A stretch of DNA of 64,000 nucleotides from the NCBI GenBank assembly GCA_964016885.1, contig OZ024741.1, positions 346,270,001 through 346,334,000 on the forward strand, in the 5' to 3' direction. This document shows positions 24,138-39,940 of the stretch, piece after piece. The notes beneath the pieces were generated by a model that saw only the letters and a list, made by a program, of their open reading frames with translations, did no database searches and was not told the DNA's origin. Both the position numbers and the translations under genes were made by a program. Numbering within the stretch: position 1 is the stretch's first letter; each line of letters starts with the position of its first letter. This stretch comes from Eledone cirrhosa. Taxonomy: Eukaryota.

Positions 24138-24538
24138 GTGCTACTGGTAACATTTAACCCAGTACAATCTGTCGCATGGTCGGGTCGTCGGCGACTAAAC
24201 CGGCAACCCAACCAAGTTTGCTTGGTGAGGAGGGTGATTTTGGACACCCTGCAAGACAAAAAACAAAACCTGACAAAGGGCGGAAGAACTCATAATAGTC
24301 AACGGCCATCCACAAGTGTGTAAATATGTATATACACATGTACATATGTACATATGTATGTATATGTGTATATACATGGGTGCATGTGTATGTATATGCG
24401 CGGGGAGATAGAAAATGTCGGACTGGACACCCGATCGTGCAGTTAAACGCACAGGCATTGCGCGATGGAATTAATTAATAATTATTAATAATGGTATATC
24501 GTGCAGTGGCCATACTCGATAACGAGGGTGCAGCCATC
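24138..24538 (+). mobile_element. RTE-like non-coding repeat interrupted by a microsatellite
   Basis: 24138-24312 matches 59431-59602, and 24416-24538 matches the ends of the 9348-9677 copy. Confidence 0.6.
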
Positions 24539-24569
24539 ATATATATATATATAAATATATATATATATA

Positions 24570-24758
24570 ACTAAGGAAATGTGGTAAGGAACCAGGTGGA
24601 CCATAACGCACCAAAGTACTCAATACTTAGGGTAGTAGAGTGGGTAATAGGAACGAGTAGGACCCCGACGGCTGAGCTCAAGCCGTTTCGACGGCTAATT
24701 CTGCACCAGAATTAGCGGTCGAAACGGCTTGAGCTCAGCCGTCGGGGTCCTACTCGTT

Positions 24759-24822
<64 letters not shown>

Positions 24823-25023
24823 AAAATGTATTACTTCGACGGCAGAGCTCAAGCCGTTTCGACGGCTATTTCTGGACTAAATAGTAGTCCAGAAATAGAT
24901 GTCGAAACGGCTTGAGCTCTGCCGTCGGGGTCATAGATTTTTCCTACTACCCACTCTACTATCCTAAGTATTGAGTACTCTGGTGCGTTATGGTCCATCT
25001 GGTTCCCTACCACAACTCATTCG

Positions 25024-25025
<2 letters not shown>
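24570..25025. mobile_element. Two fold-back pLTR-like units (family B) carrying HHR 3' halves
   Basis: GAAAC-GGC-TTGAGCTCW-GCC-GTC-GGGGTC mirrored about 24705 and about 24882. Same family at 33240-33300, 49700-49762 and 50043-50183. Confidence 0.75.
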
Positions 25026-25114
<89 letters not shown>

Positions 25115-25145
25115 TATACACAACACACACATACAAACCCATACA

Positions 25146-25200
<55 letters not shown>

Positions 25201-26174
25201 TATACACAACACACACATACAAACCCATACATGATATATATATATATATATATATATACAGATATATAATTCCGCACCATATGCACACGGACACATTTTG
25301 AGTCATGACCATATATATTCCACCATCTAGTATTGGAAGTAATAGTACGAGTACGCCCGGCAGAATGTGTGTATAAATATCGACAATTGTTTTATTTTAA
25401 TCAAAAGTATTCGTGTTAACGGCCAGATACTTCTGCTGGGTGAATTTAACAGTTAAGTACGAGTTATGACATCAATATATAAGCGATTAGAGGCATACTT
25501 ACCATTTCAACATTTTCGGATCATATGTTCTCAAAAGAAGACAGTACAATATTCTAATAATTCATATATATTTTCTGCTATTGGCGAAATCTCACAAATA
25601 TTTAAAATGTAGTATATCTACTTAGTACTTGATAAGTATTTATATTATTCAATGTAAAGTGATAAAAGTATATGTAACTACTATCCTAATTAGATAAGCC
25701 TTATAGCAACATTGATTCAAGACTAAACATTTTATTTTAGAGGACATAATCGTGAACAAATTTCTTCTGCTTTGCGACGTGAGAGGAATAGCGAAGAAAA
25801 TAGTCTCTAATAGTATTCCAACTAGGATGTACATTAGCGGTGCTAAATAATGCAATTTCCTTGATGCACGTTCTGGAAACTGTCACACACTATAATATAA
25901 TTATGACAAACTGTTAGATACTGACTGTCTTAGTGAAGCAGATTGGCGTTATGGAGCTCATGACGCTCATGAAAGATAAATAAGTAATACATAATAAATA
26001 TTATGAATATGTGAACTCTTTGACACATAAAAAAAGATGATGATTCGTTTAAAAAAAAATATAATGGCAAATAATATATATAGAAAGATATCAAAACTTT
26101 GTAAAATTAATTTTCAAAAATATTTATTATTATTTACTGCAGCACGTAGATCACGTTTATATGATATGAATATA

Positions 26175-26858
26175 CGGCAACAGTATCAAAACGGCGACCT
26201 TTGAGCTGCATTTTCAGCTTGGGGAATAGATGGAAGTCCGCAGGTGCTACATCTGGCGAATAGGGTGAGTATGGAGACGATACAATGTTATTTTTGGCGA
26301 GAAACTCACGAGTAAGGAAAGGTTGGTGACAGGGTGTATTGTCGTCGTGGAGAATACAATTCAATACTTTGCGTTCCACAGATGTGGTCGCTTTCACCGA
26401 ATGTGCTCCCTCAAACGCCTCAGCAATATCATTGATTGTCTTCCGACGATCCCCATGCACAAGCTGATTACTTTTCCCCACATTTGGCAAGTTTTCCAGA
26501 TCGTTCGTCATCTTCGAGGTACGTCCTTCCACTTTTGAAGCGTCCGTGTCACTCAAAATATTGCGTACGACCCATTGCCGAAGCATGCTCATTGACTTTG
26601 TACCTGACCTCCCAAGTTGAACGCAACAATTCACGTTGGCTCTTTGTTCCAACTTACTCTCCACGACAAAATCGCAATACAGCATATACTTGATAACAAA
26701 AACACAGATTTCACAATTTGCGAAGAGTACACATCATTGTCACTCGTCATACTGGAGCATGAAGTTCAATGTTAGCTCTCAATATGCGCACAACCGAGTG
26801 CTGTCATCTGTTAACTTTCTACAGAACTAATCCGGAAACCTTTTGATACCACCTGGTA
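26175..26858 (-). mobile_element. Mariner transposon relic
   Basis: EQRANV..CVQLG, LHDDN..H, PYSPDVAPADFHLFPKLK..LKGRRF. TIR-like TA|CCAGGTGGTATCAAAAGGTTTCCGGA at the right end. Confidence 0.88.
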
Positions 26859-27501
26859 TTTAAACATTTGAAAGATATATATTTGTACTGTGTATATTCA
26901 CCATGTTATATATATGCACAAACAGTTCTTATGTATCCCTATATATAAATATATTGAGTTGTATAAGTATTTAAGTAATGCCTCTATTACATTCATACCT
27001 AATCTTGTTTCTCATTTGTGTGTTTTATATACTGTGTCTCTTTCAATTCTTTCTCTTTTAAATTCTTCGTAATGGCTTTCTTGATCAATAATTAACTTTT
27101 ACAAATAGATAAAGAATTTTTTTACTATACCAGAACCACGCTGATTTGGCTGTTCAATATTGACAATGAAATATGACGACAGTTAATCCTGTGTAGATCT
27201 TAAATAAGATCAAATAGTGTTATAACTTCTATAACTTCTATAATAGGCCAAGTAGTATCAGAATTCTGAAAGTATCGATTGAAAATCAACAACAATATTT
27301 CTTGATTTCTTGGAAATAAAATTCTCAAATGTTAAAGAGACTCGAGAATAAAGCATTTTTTCTTCGAAATGGAATATATGTTTTAATATCATATTTACTC
27401 TGTCCTTTACTTGTAAAAGTTTATTCTTAGTTCTTTTTTTTTTAAATTCTATACTCTACCAAACAGCCAAACACTCATATGTGTGGCTATACAAACTGAC
27501 A

Positions 27502-27581
<80 letters not shown>

Positions 27582-27582
<1 letters not shown>

Positions 27583-28526
27583 GGTACGCAGCAGGTGCGA
27601 CGACGCCCTCGGAGAAGCCCTAGACATGGAGGAGGACGAACTGGCCAGCCTGTTCGGTAGGACATTCAACCCGGGACCTATGGACAACTTCCAGAAGTCC
27701 CTGGCCTGGCAGTGCTACCGAGGAGCTTTACCCGTTCGAGAAAGGCTCTACAGACACGGGCGCCCGGGTAGGGACCCCGCCAAAAAGATCTGTCCCAGAT
27801 GCGTGTGCGACGAGGAAACCGTTGCACACGCATTGGTACACTGCTCGGGCGTAGCCGATCTGTGGGGCTATGTCGAACAACTGCTGTCAAGGGTGGGACC
27901 GATCCGGTTGACCACCGAGTCTATTGTAATGATCAAGCCGCCTCCCCCCTTCAAAGATGAAGCAGAGGCGGTGTTTCTGTGCGTAATAGCCATGGCGAAA
28001 GAGGTTGTATGGTGGACGCGTCTGAAAGGACTGAGGTCAGGCACCTTTCTCTCTGGCCAACAACTGGTCCGTTTCTTCCGATATCATTTCGGAAGAAGGA
28101 TCAGGATGGAGAGAGAGGTGCCTCACCCCAGTCGTTTTTATGAAAGGTGGGTGAAAGTGGCGAGAATGGCCCGTGTGAATGGGCCTTCTCTTTACATGAG
28201 CCTGTAGGTGGAAAAGAGGAACGAACGAGGGAGCACCCCCTCTCTGTGCTCCTGAGGAAAATGGTTGCACACTTTTTTCGGGGGTGTGTGCGACCCCCCA
28301 AGGCGCCTCCTCTCTATTGAGGATTTTGTTATAAATTTTATTTTTTGTTATATTTTATAACAAAATCCTCTATTGAGGATTTTGTTATAATTCTATTTTT
28401 TGTTATATTTTATTTTATTTTTATATATTGTTATTGCCTCCTCCCTATTGAGGACGCCTTGTTTTGTAAACTCCCCCCATTGTACTTGTCCCACTTTTGA
28501 TGCCCTTGTGGCAAATAAAAGAAACA

Positions 28527-28530
<4 letters not shown>
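27582..28530 (+). mobile_element. Tx1/L1 3' fragment (open 193-aa zf-RVT region) in (TATC)n
   Basis: ORF 27626-28207; the 3' end GGCAAATAAAAGAAAC runs into (ATCT)n. Confidence 0.88.
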
Positions 28531-28561
<31 letters not shown>

Positions 28562-28562
28562 A

Positions 28563-28626
<64 letters not shown>

Positions 28627-28636
28627 CATCTATATA

Positions 28637-28911
28637 GCCCGAGCGGTTGGGCCTTCTCTCTATATAAGCCTGTAGGTTGAGGAAAAAGAGGAAGAGGGAG
28701 TACTCACTATTGGTGCTCCTGGAGATAAGGGTTGTACATTTTTTTTCGGAGTGTGTACAACCCCTGTGTAACGCCTCCCCCTATTGGGGATTTCAATTGT
28801 TATTTGTTGTTTTATTAATAGTTTTATTTTCATATACCTGTATGTAAACTCCCCATTTGTATTTGTCCCTTTCTTTTGTGCCCTCGTGGCTAATAAAGAA
28901 ATTTATCTACC

Positions 28912-28942
<31 letters not shown>

Positions 28943-29686
28943 CTAGATGGGTGAAAGTGGCGAGAATGGCCCGTGTGAATGGGCCTTCACTCTACATCAG
29001 ACTATAGGTGAGGAAGATGAAAGACCAAGGGAGCACCCCTTCTCTGTGCTCCCGAGGAAAAGGGTTGCACACTTTTTTCGGGGGTGTGTGCGACCCCCCA
29101 AGGCGCCTCCTCTCTATTGAGGACTTTGTTATAAATTTTATTTTTTGTTATATTTTATTTTATTTTTATACATTGTTATTGCCTCCTCCTTATTGAGGAC
29201 GCCTTGTTTTGTAAACTCCCCCCATTGTACTTGTCCCACTTTTGATGCCCTGGTGGCAAATAAAAGAAACATATCTGTCTATCTATCTATCTATCTATCT
29301 AAGCGAAAATGGCCCGAGTGATTGGGCCTTCTCTGTTTATAAGCCTGAAGGTTAAAGAAGAGAGCAAAAGGAAGAAGGAACCACTTGCACAACACGCTCC
29401 TGAAGGTGAGGGTTGTTCTATCGACGCGGTATTAAACAACCCATTTGTGGCGTCTCCCCCCTATTGGAGATTTCGATTGTTATAATTATTTGTTTGTTTT
29501 ATATATATATATATTTTTTTTTACAAGACTGTATGTAAAATCCCCGGCATGTGTCTTTGTATTGTCCCCTTTTCTTGTGCGCCCTTGTGGCAAATGAAGA
29601 AATATATCTATCTATAATGAAAGATATCTATCTATCTATTTATCTATCTTTTGATGCCCTGGTGGCAAATAAAAGAAACATATCTA
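28637..29686 (+). mobile_element. Four further stacked Tx1 3'-end fragments separated by (TATC)n
   Basis: About 28637-28905, 28946-29275, 29302-29605 and 29650-29686. Each ends GCCCTNGTGGCWAATRAA followed by ATCT repeats. Confidence 0.8.
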
Positions 29687-29759
29687 TTTATCTATCTTTC
29701 CATCTATCTATCCATCTCTCCTTATATAAGTATGTGTGTATAAGAGAGAGAGAGAGAGA

Positions 29760-29801
<42 letters not shown>

Positions 29802-30068
29802 GAGTGAGGTAGAGAGAGCGCGCACATAGGTGTGGGCTTTGCTGTTATTTCGTTTATCACTGTTTAACGTTAAGATAATTTTTTCAGAATTGTATATTTT
29901 ACATCGATTCCTTAGACACACTTTCCGAGAAGGTGAAAAAAATGTAAGTATGAAAAAAATAATTACAGATATAAGGACATTATCTAACACACACATACAT
30001 ACCAACAGACATACGTACAAACACACATATATATGTGTATATATATATATATATACTATATATATATT

Positions 30069-30135
<67 letters not shown>

Positions 30136-30534
30136 ATGTGTGTGTGTGTGTATGTGTGTGTATATAAATGTTTATATAATTCTTACTTTATTTTTCACTC
30201 ACTTCAAGGGAAATATTTTCTGAATGCGACAAAATTAAAAGTAAATTAAAAAAATAATTAAATAAAACTTCTAGAAGTTTTAATATCGTTTGTAAGTTTT
30301 AAGTTTAATTTAGTTTTCCTTTCTTGTCATCGACAACATAATATAAATTTTAGGGTGGAGAGGTGAGGTTCGCTTCTTATCATTGTATATTGTTCTTGAT
30401 TTTACGGTTTATTTGTATATTACTATTTTGTTATTTTTCATGTTTCTACTTATTTCACGTTTCCCTATAGTATAGTATGATAGTATTGCTAAAAATCATA
30501 ACCGTACACCGACAGCTTCGTATCCCCAAGCCAG

Positions 30535-30863
30535 TGGATTGGCAGTATCGGTAGAGAGTCTGACGCCATGAAGAGTTACGCCATGAAGAGTTACGGCCCT
30601 TTATGATCTACGTTCAAATCCCGTTGAGGTTAACTTTGCCTTTCATCCTTACAGGGTCGATAAAATAAAGTACCAGTAATGCACGGGTAACTGCTGGCCT
30701 TGTGCCAAAAGTAGAAACAATTATTATCCCCATCGTTATCATTGTCTTCATCCTCGTCATCCTCGTCGTCTTCGTCGTCAACGTTATCACCACCAACAGC
30801 ACCAGCACCAACCGCATCACCACCTTCATCGCCATGAAAATCGTCCTCTCCCTCAATATCTGG

Positions 30864-30902
<39 letters not shown>

Positions 30903-31560
30903 ACGTCACCATCACCATCATCGTGGATTTGCAGTATCGGCAGAGGGTCGGACGCCATGCTTTGCAAGCATAAAGTTACGTCCCTTTATGATCTGAGTTC
31001 AAATCCCGTCGAGGTTAACTTTGCCTTTCATCCTAACGGGGGTTGATTTAATCGACTTTCCCCTGTCCCCAAATTGCTGGCCTTGTGCCTATATAAGAAA
31101 CTATTATTACCATTATTATCATTATTATCTCTATGAATATGTTCATCAGCATCATAGCCTTCATCCTCATCAATATTATAGTCATCATCATCATCATCAT
31201 TATCATTATCACCCTCATCATTATCATAATAATTGTTTATACTTTAGGCACAAGGCCGGCAATTACCCAGTACATTACTGGTACTTTATTTTATCGACCC
31301 CGTAAGGATGAAAGGCAAAGTCAACCTCGGCGGGATTTGAACTCAGATTGTAAAGGGACGTAACTATGCTGGAAAGCATGGCGTGCGACCCTCTACCGAT
31401 AATAATACTAATAATTGTTTCTACATATTGGCACCAGGCCAGCAATTAACCAGTACATTACTGGTACTTTATTTTATGGGACGCGTAAGGATGAAAGGCA
31501 AAGTTAACCTCGGCGGGATTTGAAGTCAGTATGGCAAGGGCCGTCCGACCCTCTACCGAC
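30535..31560. mobile_element. Cluster of four tRNA-derived Nin/Deu-domain-like SINEs (plus: 30535-30720, 30923-31100; minus: 31245-31400, 31420-31560)
   Basis: A box TGGCAGTATCGG, B box GAGTTCAAATCC, core GAGGTYAACTTTGCCTTTCATCCTTACGGGGTCGATAAAATAAAGTACCAG. Confidence 0.85.
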
Positions 31561-31639
31561 ATAATAATAATACTAACAATAACCACCCTCCTCATTAGAA
31601 CCGACGTCATCTTCAATTTGTCACTACCAGTATTAGCAC

Positions 31640-31943
31640 CACCACCATAATATTCTTCATCGCCATCATTAGCATCATCACGATCAACATCGCCATCAAT
31701 ATCAGCGTCGTCGCCCTCATCACCATCCCCATTCCCACCATCAATCATTAATATCATCATAATCATCATCATTATCACCAGCACCATAATATACATCATC
31801 ATCATCGCCATCATCATTATCAACATCATCATCATCATCATCATCATAATCATCAGTGTACGCATCATCATCATTAACTTTCTCATCATCATTATCAACA
31901 TCATCATCATTATCACCAGCACCATAATATACATCCTCATCGA

Positions 31944-31977
<34 letters not shown>

Positions 31978-32190
31978 GTCAACATCATCATTGTCATCAT
32001 CATCATTATCAACATCATCATCATCATCATCATCATCATAATCGCCATCATCATCATCATCATCATCATCATCGTCAACATCATCATCATCATTATCAAC
32101 AACATCATCATCATCATCGTCGTCGTCGTCGTCGTCATCATCATCATCATCATCATCATCGTCATCATCATCATCATCATCAACAACGAG
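31640..32190. repeat. Degenerate (CAT)n microsatellite
   Basis: Direct reading. Confidence 0.95.
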
Positions 32191-32615
32191 TTATTATTAA
32201 CATCATTATTTTCGATGTGATGTTGACGCTAGCAATCATTATCAGCAAAATTCTCCTTTGTGCCTTTAAAGATCACATCCTCGACACCACCATAATCGAT
32301 TTTTATTTTTTCATTTAGCATTATTTCATGAAGAAAAACATTGCGCGAACATTATCTTTGAAGTTTACTTTTCACACACTTTATATACTTACACACACAC
32401 TCACACACACATACTCATACACACACACAAACACACACAGATGCACAAATAGATAGGCACACATGCAGACCTACATACACGTACACATTCACACCCTTAC
32501 AAAATATATATGAGTCAATATTTGTGTCTGGTTAAATAAACATTTCATCCCCACACACATACCTAACTATCTACCACCCCCTATATATATAATTGTTTAA
32601 TATATAAATGTTTAA

Positions 32616-32691
<76 letters not shown>

Positions 32692-32795
32692 GAGATATAT
32701 TTGTTCTGTCCTACGCCATCTTGTTTTTAAAAAAAAAACAAGATGGCGTAGGACAGAACAAAGGAGAGGCATAAAAACAAAGAAAAGAATCTCCA

Positions 32796-32838
32796 GTCAC
32801 TGAAGAGGTCACAGAATGTGTGACGAAAAAACTTTGAC
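32796..32838 (+). ncRNA. Minimal hammerhead ribozyme
   Basis: GTCA-CTGAAGA-GGTCAC..GTGAC-GAAA-AAAC-TT-TGAC. Stem III is weak. Confidence 0.6.
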
Positions 32839-33173
32839 AATATATGAACAACCGCCCGGTTATGGAACCAACCAACCAACCGGAAATTTATAAATTTAAT
32901 TTATAATAAATTGGAGTGAAGGGTTCTGGTGCGTGTGTTTCTTATTGGCAACATGACCCTTCCAAAGCATAACAATATATATATATATATTTACATATGT
33001 AAATATGTTTGTGTGTCTGCCTGTATATGTATCTATCCATCTACCGCCTTCTCTTTCTCCCCCCCCTATCTCTCGCTATATATATATATGTTTATCCCGG
33101 GATCAATCGGAGTTAACCACAGTAAGTAAGGTACTCTTTACATAGCAGAGTATAAATATTTAATATAGATATG

Positions 33174-33220
33174 GCTTCTACAGGATTAGAACTGTTTCAT
33201 TCGGGAGAAATCATCAGGAT
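33174..33220 (-). ncRNA. Hammerhead ribozyme, family A (stem I 5' arm truncated)
   Basis: CTGATGA-TTTCTCCCGAAT-GAAACAG-TTCTAATC-CTGTA-GAAGC. Confidence 0.75.
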
Positions 33221-33502
33221 GTATATATATATATATATAAGAACAAGTATGACTCCGACGGCAGAGCTCAAGCCGTTTCGTCGACTATTTCTGGACTAAA
33301 TAAGAATTTTTATCCTGGTAAATAAATAGCCAAACTTCTCATGGGAAGATAGTAATTGTCAAGAGGATGGGTCAAAAATTTGTTGCAAAGACCAATCATG
33401 CCATTTGGTGGTAGGTAGGGGTGGCTGAACTTGCCAGTAGAACAAAGAGGGAGTGGGGGAAATCCAGTGAAGCGTTGAAATTGAAATCTATACAGCAGAT
33501 TC

Positions 33503-33665
33503 TCAGGCCAGCAAATACCCAGTGCATTATTGGTACTTTATTTTATCGACCCCGTAAGGATGAAAGGCAAAGTCAACCTCGGCGGGATTTTAACTCAGAT
33601 CGTAAAGGGACGTAACTATGCTGGAAAGCATGGCGTCCGACCCTCTACTGATACTGCCAATCCAC
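33503..33665 (-). mobile_element. tRNA/Nin-type SINE abutting the RTE fragment
   Basis: Same sequence as the 31245-31400 SINE. Confidence 0.8.
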
Positions 33666-36568
<2,903 letters not shown>

Positions 36569-36597
36569 ATACATATATATAGTTTTAATATAGATGA

Positions 36598-36646
36598 GAT
36601 TCTACAGGACTAGAACTGTTTCATTCATTAGAAATCATCAGGAATC
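36598..36646 (-). ncRNA. Hammerhead ribozyme, family A
   Basis: GATTC-CTGATGA-TTTCTAATGAAT-GAAACAG-TTCTAGTC-CTGTA-GAATC. Confidence 0.85.
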
Positions 36647-36648
36647 AT

Positions 36649-36697
36649 GATTTCTGATGATTTCTAATGAATGAAACAGTTCTAGTCCTGTAGAATC
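36649..36697 (+). ncRNA. Hammerhead ribozyme, family A (mirror copy)
   Basis: GATTT-CTGATGA-TTTCTAATGAAT-GAAACAG-TTCTAGTC-CTGTA-GAATC. Confidence 0.85.
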
Positions 36698-36789
36698 TCA
36701 TCTATATTAAAACTTTTATACTCTGCTATGTATTGAGTACCTTACTTACTGTGGTTACCTCCGATTCAACCCGGAATAACGTATATACA

Positions 36790-36825
<36 letters not shown>

Positions 36826-37028
36826 CAATGTATATATATAAACATTTCTAGAAATTCTAATTTCGTGCATCTGAGTTTCTCTTCATGCATATTCAAAAAT
36901 AATTTTCTTAAACTTTTGTTGCATATCTGAGACATGAAACTCGGTCACGAAATTTGCAGTTTCAGGTTAAATTAATACATATATATATATGAAATATAAG
37001 AATCAAAGAACTGTTCAAAACATTTTTA

Positions 37029-37075
37029 TGCTTACAACTGTTTCCTCCAAACCGAGGTTTGGATTCTGCGGAGCA
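37029..37075 (-). ncRNA. Hammerhead-like motif with C4/C6 variant core
   Basis: TGCT-CCGCAGA-ATCCAAAC(CTCG)GTTTGGAG-GAAAC-AGTT-GTA-AGCA. Confidence 0.55.
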
Positions 37076-38504
37076 ATTTATTAATGAATGAACACTTATA
37101 TGGCCTCCTTTTCACCCAAGAGATATACAGATACATATGCAAATATTTTGGGTCAACATTCATTACAGCATTTAGAGTGGCAGTACACACTTAGAGATTA
37201 CATTCATATAAAAAGATACAATCAAAAATACAGGTTAAAATACAACATGAAAATAAGCGGTTATATAGTGCAAAGGTTATATGTGTGGCAAGCACGTGCG
37301 TCTTGTTTATATAGTATGGCAGAGAGTTACGTGTAGTAGAAGCACTTAAGTAGGTAAACAAGAGTGTTAGGTTGGTTGATCTGGTGACAAATTCTTTATA
37401 TGATTGTTATAGTCTGTGTGTGGAGAAATAATATAAGCATTAAAAATAGTGCAAGCATTAAAAATATTGGAAATGCGAAGGGATGATATGTACTTCTTGT
37501 ACTTCGACATTTTCATAGTCTGGGGAGTGTATTTTTCAGATTATATGCCCCTCACATAATCTACGACGATTCGATATTGAGCGTTTGACAATCCAGTTAG
37601 AGAATCGTAGTCTGATGTTCTTTAGTTCAATACAGGAGGATGTTACGTTTCGAGAATCGACATCGAAATACTACCCGGAAGTGTGTGTGTGGTTAAGGGG
37701 AGTTAATGCATGAGGGGAGGTAACTCCGAGGTTTCTATTACTAACTATTGAAATGTGTCTCAAAATAGACCCTAGCTTCTATGGTTATGCGCAATTTCTA
37801 AAAAATTTCTAAAATTTAAAGTGTTTTAACTATAGAGTAGTCTATTAAGTTGTGCTGAAGTTGTTCGTATTATTATGGTGATTAACCCCCATCGTAGAGT
37901 GCCACAAATGAATATTATAGACGACGAGCGAGGATTCTAAATTAATGATCTCTGTGGTTGTAGTCTACTCAAAGGACCAGGCGCGGTGATTGCAGAATCA
38001 CTTCAACACACAATGATCTCTGGTAAGTTCTGGGTCATCGCTTGCTACATTGGATGTCGAAGGATAATCATCACCAGGGCCGACCAGAGGTCAATCCGCA
38101 GTCCTCATGACCCCAATCTGACCATCAAATCATCCATATATGTACAACCCATACGCCCCTTGCAATACATTCATTCCCTGCACTCAGCGTACCGGTCATA
38201 CTGCTCATCAGCGTTACTAGATTAATTCGTTTTTCATCTGTCCAACGATGGCACTTCCTCCGCACAACACTAACAAGACAATCAATTCATGCTTAAATTA
38301 CCTATAGAGCGGTGTAGTGCAGTTCAAGTGGGTGGATGTTGTCACACCTAAAGTAGAGGTACAAATGGGTAATCACCCTGCGAAGGGTTCTAGAGGGATG
38401 TCGTTGTTTGTGTTATATTAGATCAGTTAGTGTTGGGTATGTGGTATAAGGTGTGCCTCTGGTGTTTGATGCTAGAGGTGGTGTTTGGTTCAAGTCCGAC
38501 GTTG

Positions 38505-39872
38505 CTATATATTGGGCTTAAAGTTTTGGAAGGAATGTCTGAAGCGGTGCTGGCAAGTTGCAAACACTTCAGATTTTTTGTTAAGTAGGTTCCGGTTAGA
38601 GAAGATAATATTGTGGGTCTCTAGTATACAGAGGTTACAAAATGTATTAGGTGGTTTGTACGAAGTCGCGCTACCTATCACTTCCCATTTGAGTGTGTAA
38701 GGTTTATTTTTAGTTTTTAGATAGTGTATGTAGCTAGATAGTGAGGTGGAGTTGGCTAGACTATGCTTTTTGAATGAGTGGATGTGCGAATTATATCTGA
38801 TTTTGAAGCAGTTAGAAGTGGAGCCTACATAGGTTTCTGAAGAGTTGCTAGTTGTGACGGTGCATGAGTATATGATATCCTTGGTTAGGCATTTTTTATC
38901 TAAAGGGCAGGTTCTATTAGCTCTACAGTTACAATTATCCTGTGTGTTAGTCTGCTGGTTATAATGCAGTGCAGAAGTCTGGGTGGTAGCTATAGGATTT
39001 TGGACATTCGGGTTGTCGACCCCGGTGTTATTTCTTATACTAGTGTTATTTCTATTGTTACTGCCGTTACTATGGTCTCTTGCTACAGGGGTATTTAGAA
39101 GATTTACCTCCTGTTGTGATTTCGTTTGTTGGAAGTAAGAATTAAATTTACTTTTATTGCTGCTAGCTATGTGGTATGCTAAGTTAGGCGTCGTAGAGTA
39201 TGAGATTTTAATAGTGTTTTTGTTTAAAAGGTTGTGGTACTTGTGTCCTAGAGGGAAGTTTTTATCTAGTAGTGAGAAGAAAGCCCTAGGTATGTTGGTG
39301 GAGACATTTAGGTTGAAAGCAGGGTTGAAAAATGTATTATTTCCTCTTCTATTTTTGTTTTTAGTGTCTGGTGTGTTGTTTCTTCCTAAGGCACTACGGT
39401 AGTTTCCGTGGTAATGGTTACTTCCTGTGGCACCCTCCGCTTTGGTGTACTTGTGGTTGCTATTCCTATTATTAGGTTTCCTCATGGACATGTTGTGCGA
39501 GATGATGTTGTAGCTATGCGTTTTCTTAGGTAGGAACTCAATTTCTATATTATGGCCGGATCTAGCTAATGCTTGATTATAATATTGTGAGTTTTTGCTA
39601 AATATGTTTGCGTCATAGGAAAGATTAGAGATTCTATTGGATACCCCCTTAGAGATAGAGTTTAATATTGATCTAGGGTGATTAGACCTGTTATCTACGT
39701 AAATGAGTTTTTCGTTAGGCTTATGGAAAGGTGTATATATTTTTGAGTCTAGGTATAGTGTGGCGTCTAGGAAGTTAACATTTTTAGTGTTTTTGTCCAT
39801 GGTCATACTAAGGTTAAAGTTTTTGAATGTCTTGTGCAATAGTTTTCTAGTTCTTTCTATATTAATTAATAC
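38505..39872 (-). CDS. PLE ORF remnant: RT end/thumb plus GIY-YIG endonuclease (frame open)
   Basis: VNFLDATL..PFHKPN..SNHP..CNC..CPL..C..IIYSCTV..TYVGST..FKIRY..H..CNLCILE. The N-terminal YIYI of the predicted ORF is microsatellite. Confidence 0.9.
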   Translation of the reverse strand, partial: VLINIERTRKLLHKTFKNFNLSMTMDKNTKNVNFLDATLYLDSKIYTPFHKPNEKLIYVDNRSNHPRSILNSISKGVSNRISNLSYDANIFSKNSQYYNQALARSGHNIEIEFLPKKTHSYNIISHNMSMRKPNNRNSNHKYTKAEGATGSNHYHGNYRSALGRNNTPDTKNKNRRGNNTFFNPAFNLNVSTNIPRAFFSLLDKNFPLGHKYHNLLNKNTIKISYSTTPNLAYHIASSNKSKFNSYFQQTKSQQEVNLLNTPVARDHSNGSNNRNNTSIRNNTGVDNPNVQNPIATTQTSALHYNQQTNTQDNCNCRANRTCPLDKKCLTKDIIYSCTVTTSNSSETYVGSTSNCFKIRYNSHIHSFKKHSLANSTSLSSYIHYLKTKNKPYTLKWEVIGSATSYKPPNTFCNLCILETHNIIFSNRNLLNKKSEVFATCQHRFRHSFQNFKPNI

Positions 39873-39894
39873 TACATATATATATATATATATA

Positions 39895-39940
<46 letters not shown>

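Larger units (their letters stand above)
36990..39872 (-). mobile_element. 5'-truncated Penelope-like element with a long 3' region
   Basis: RT-thumb/GIY-YIG ORF followed by about 1.5 kb of non-coding sequence ending in an HHR-like motif. (TA)n on both sides. Confidence 0.8.

Noticed and set aside
30925-31012. tRNA gene
   Set aside because: The A and B boxes run into a SINE core and no complete cloverleaf forms.
31458-32186. 242-aa poly-Met ORF
   Set aside because: It is a (CAT)n microsatellite.
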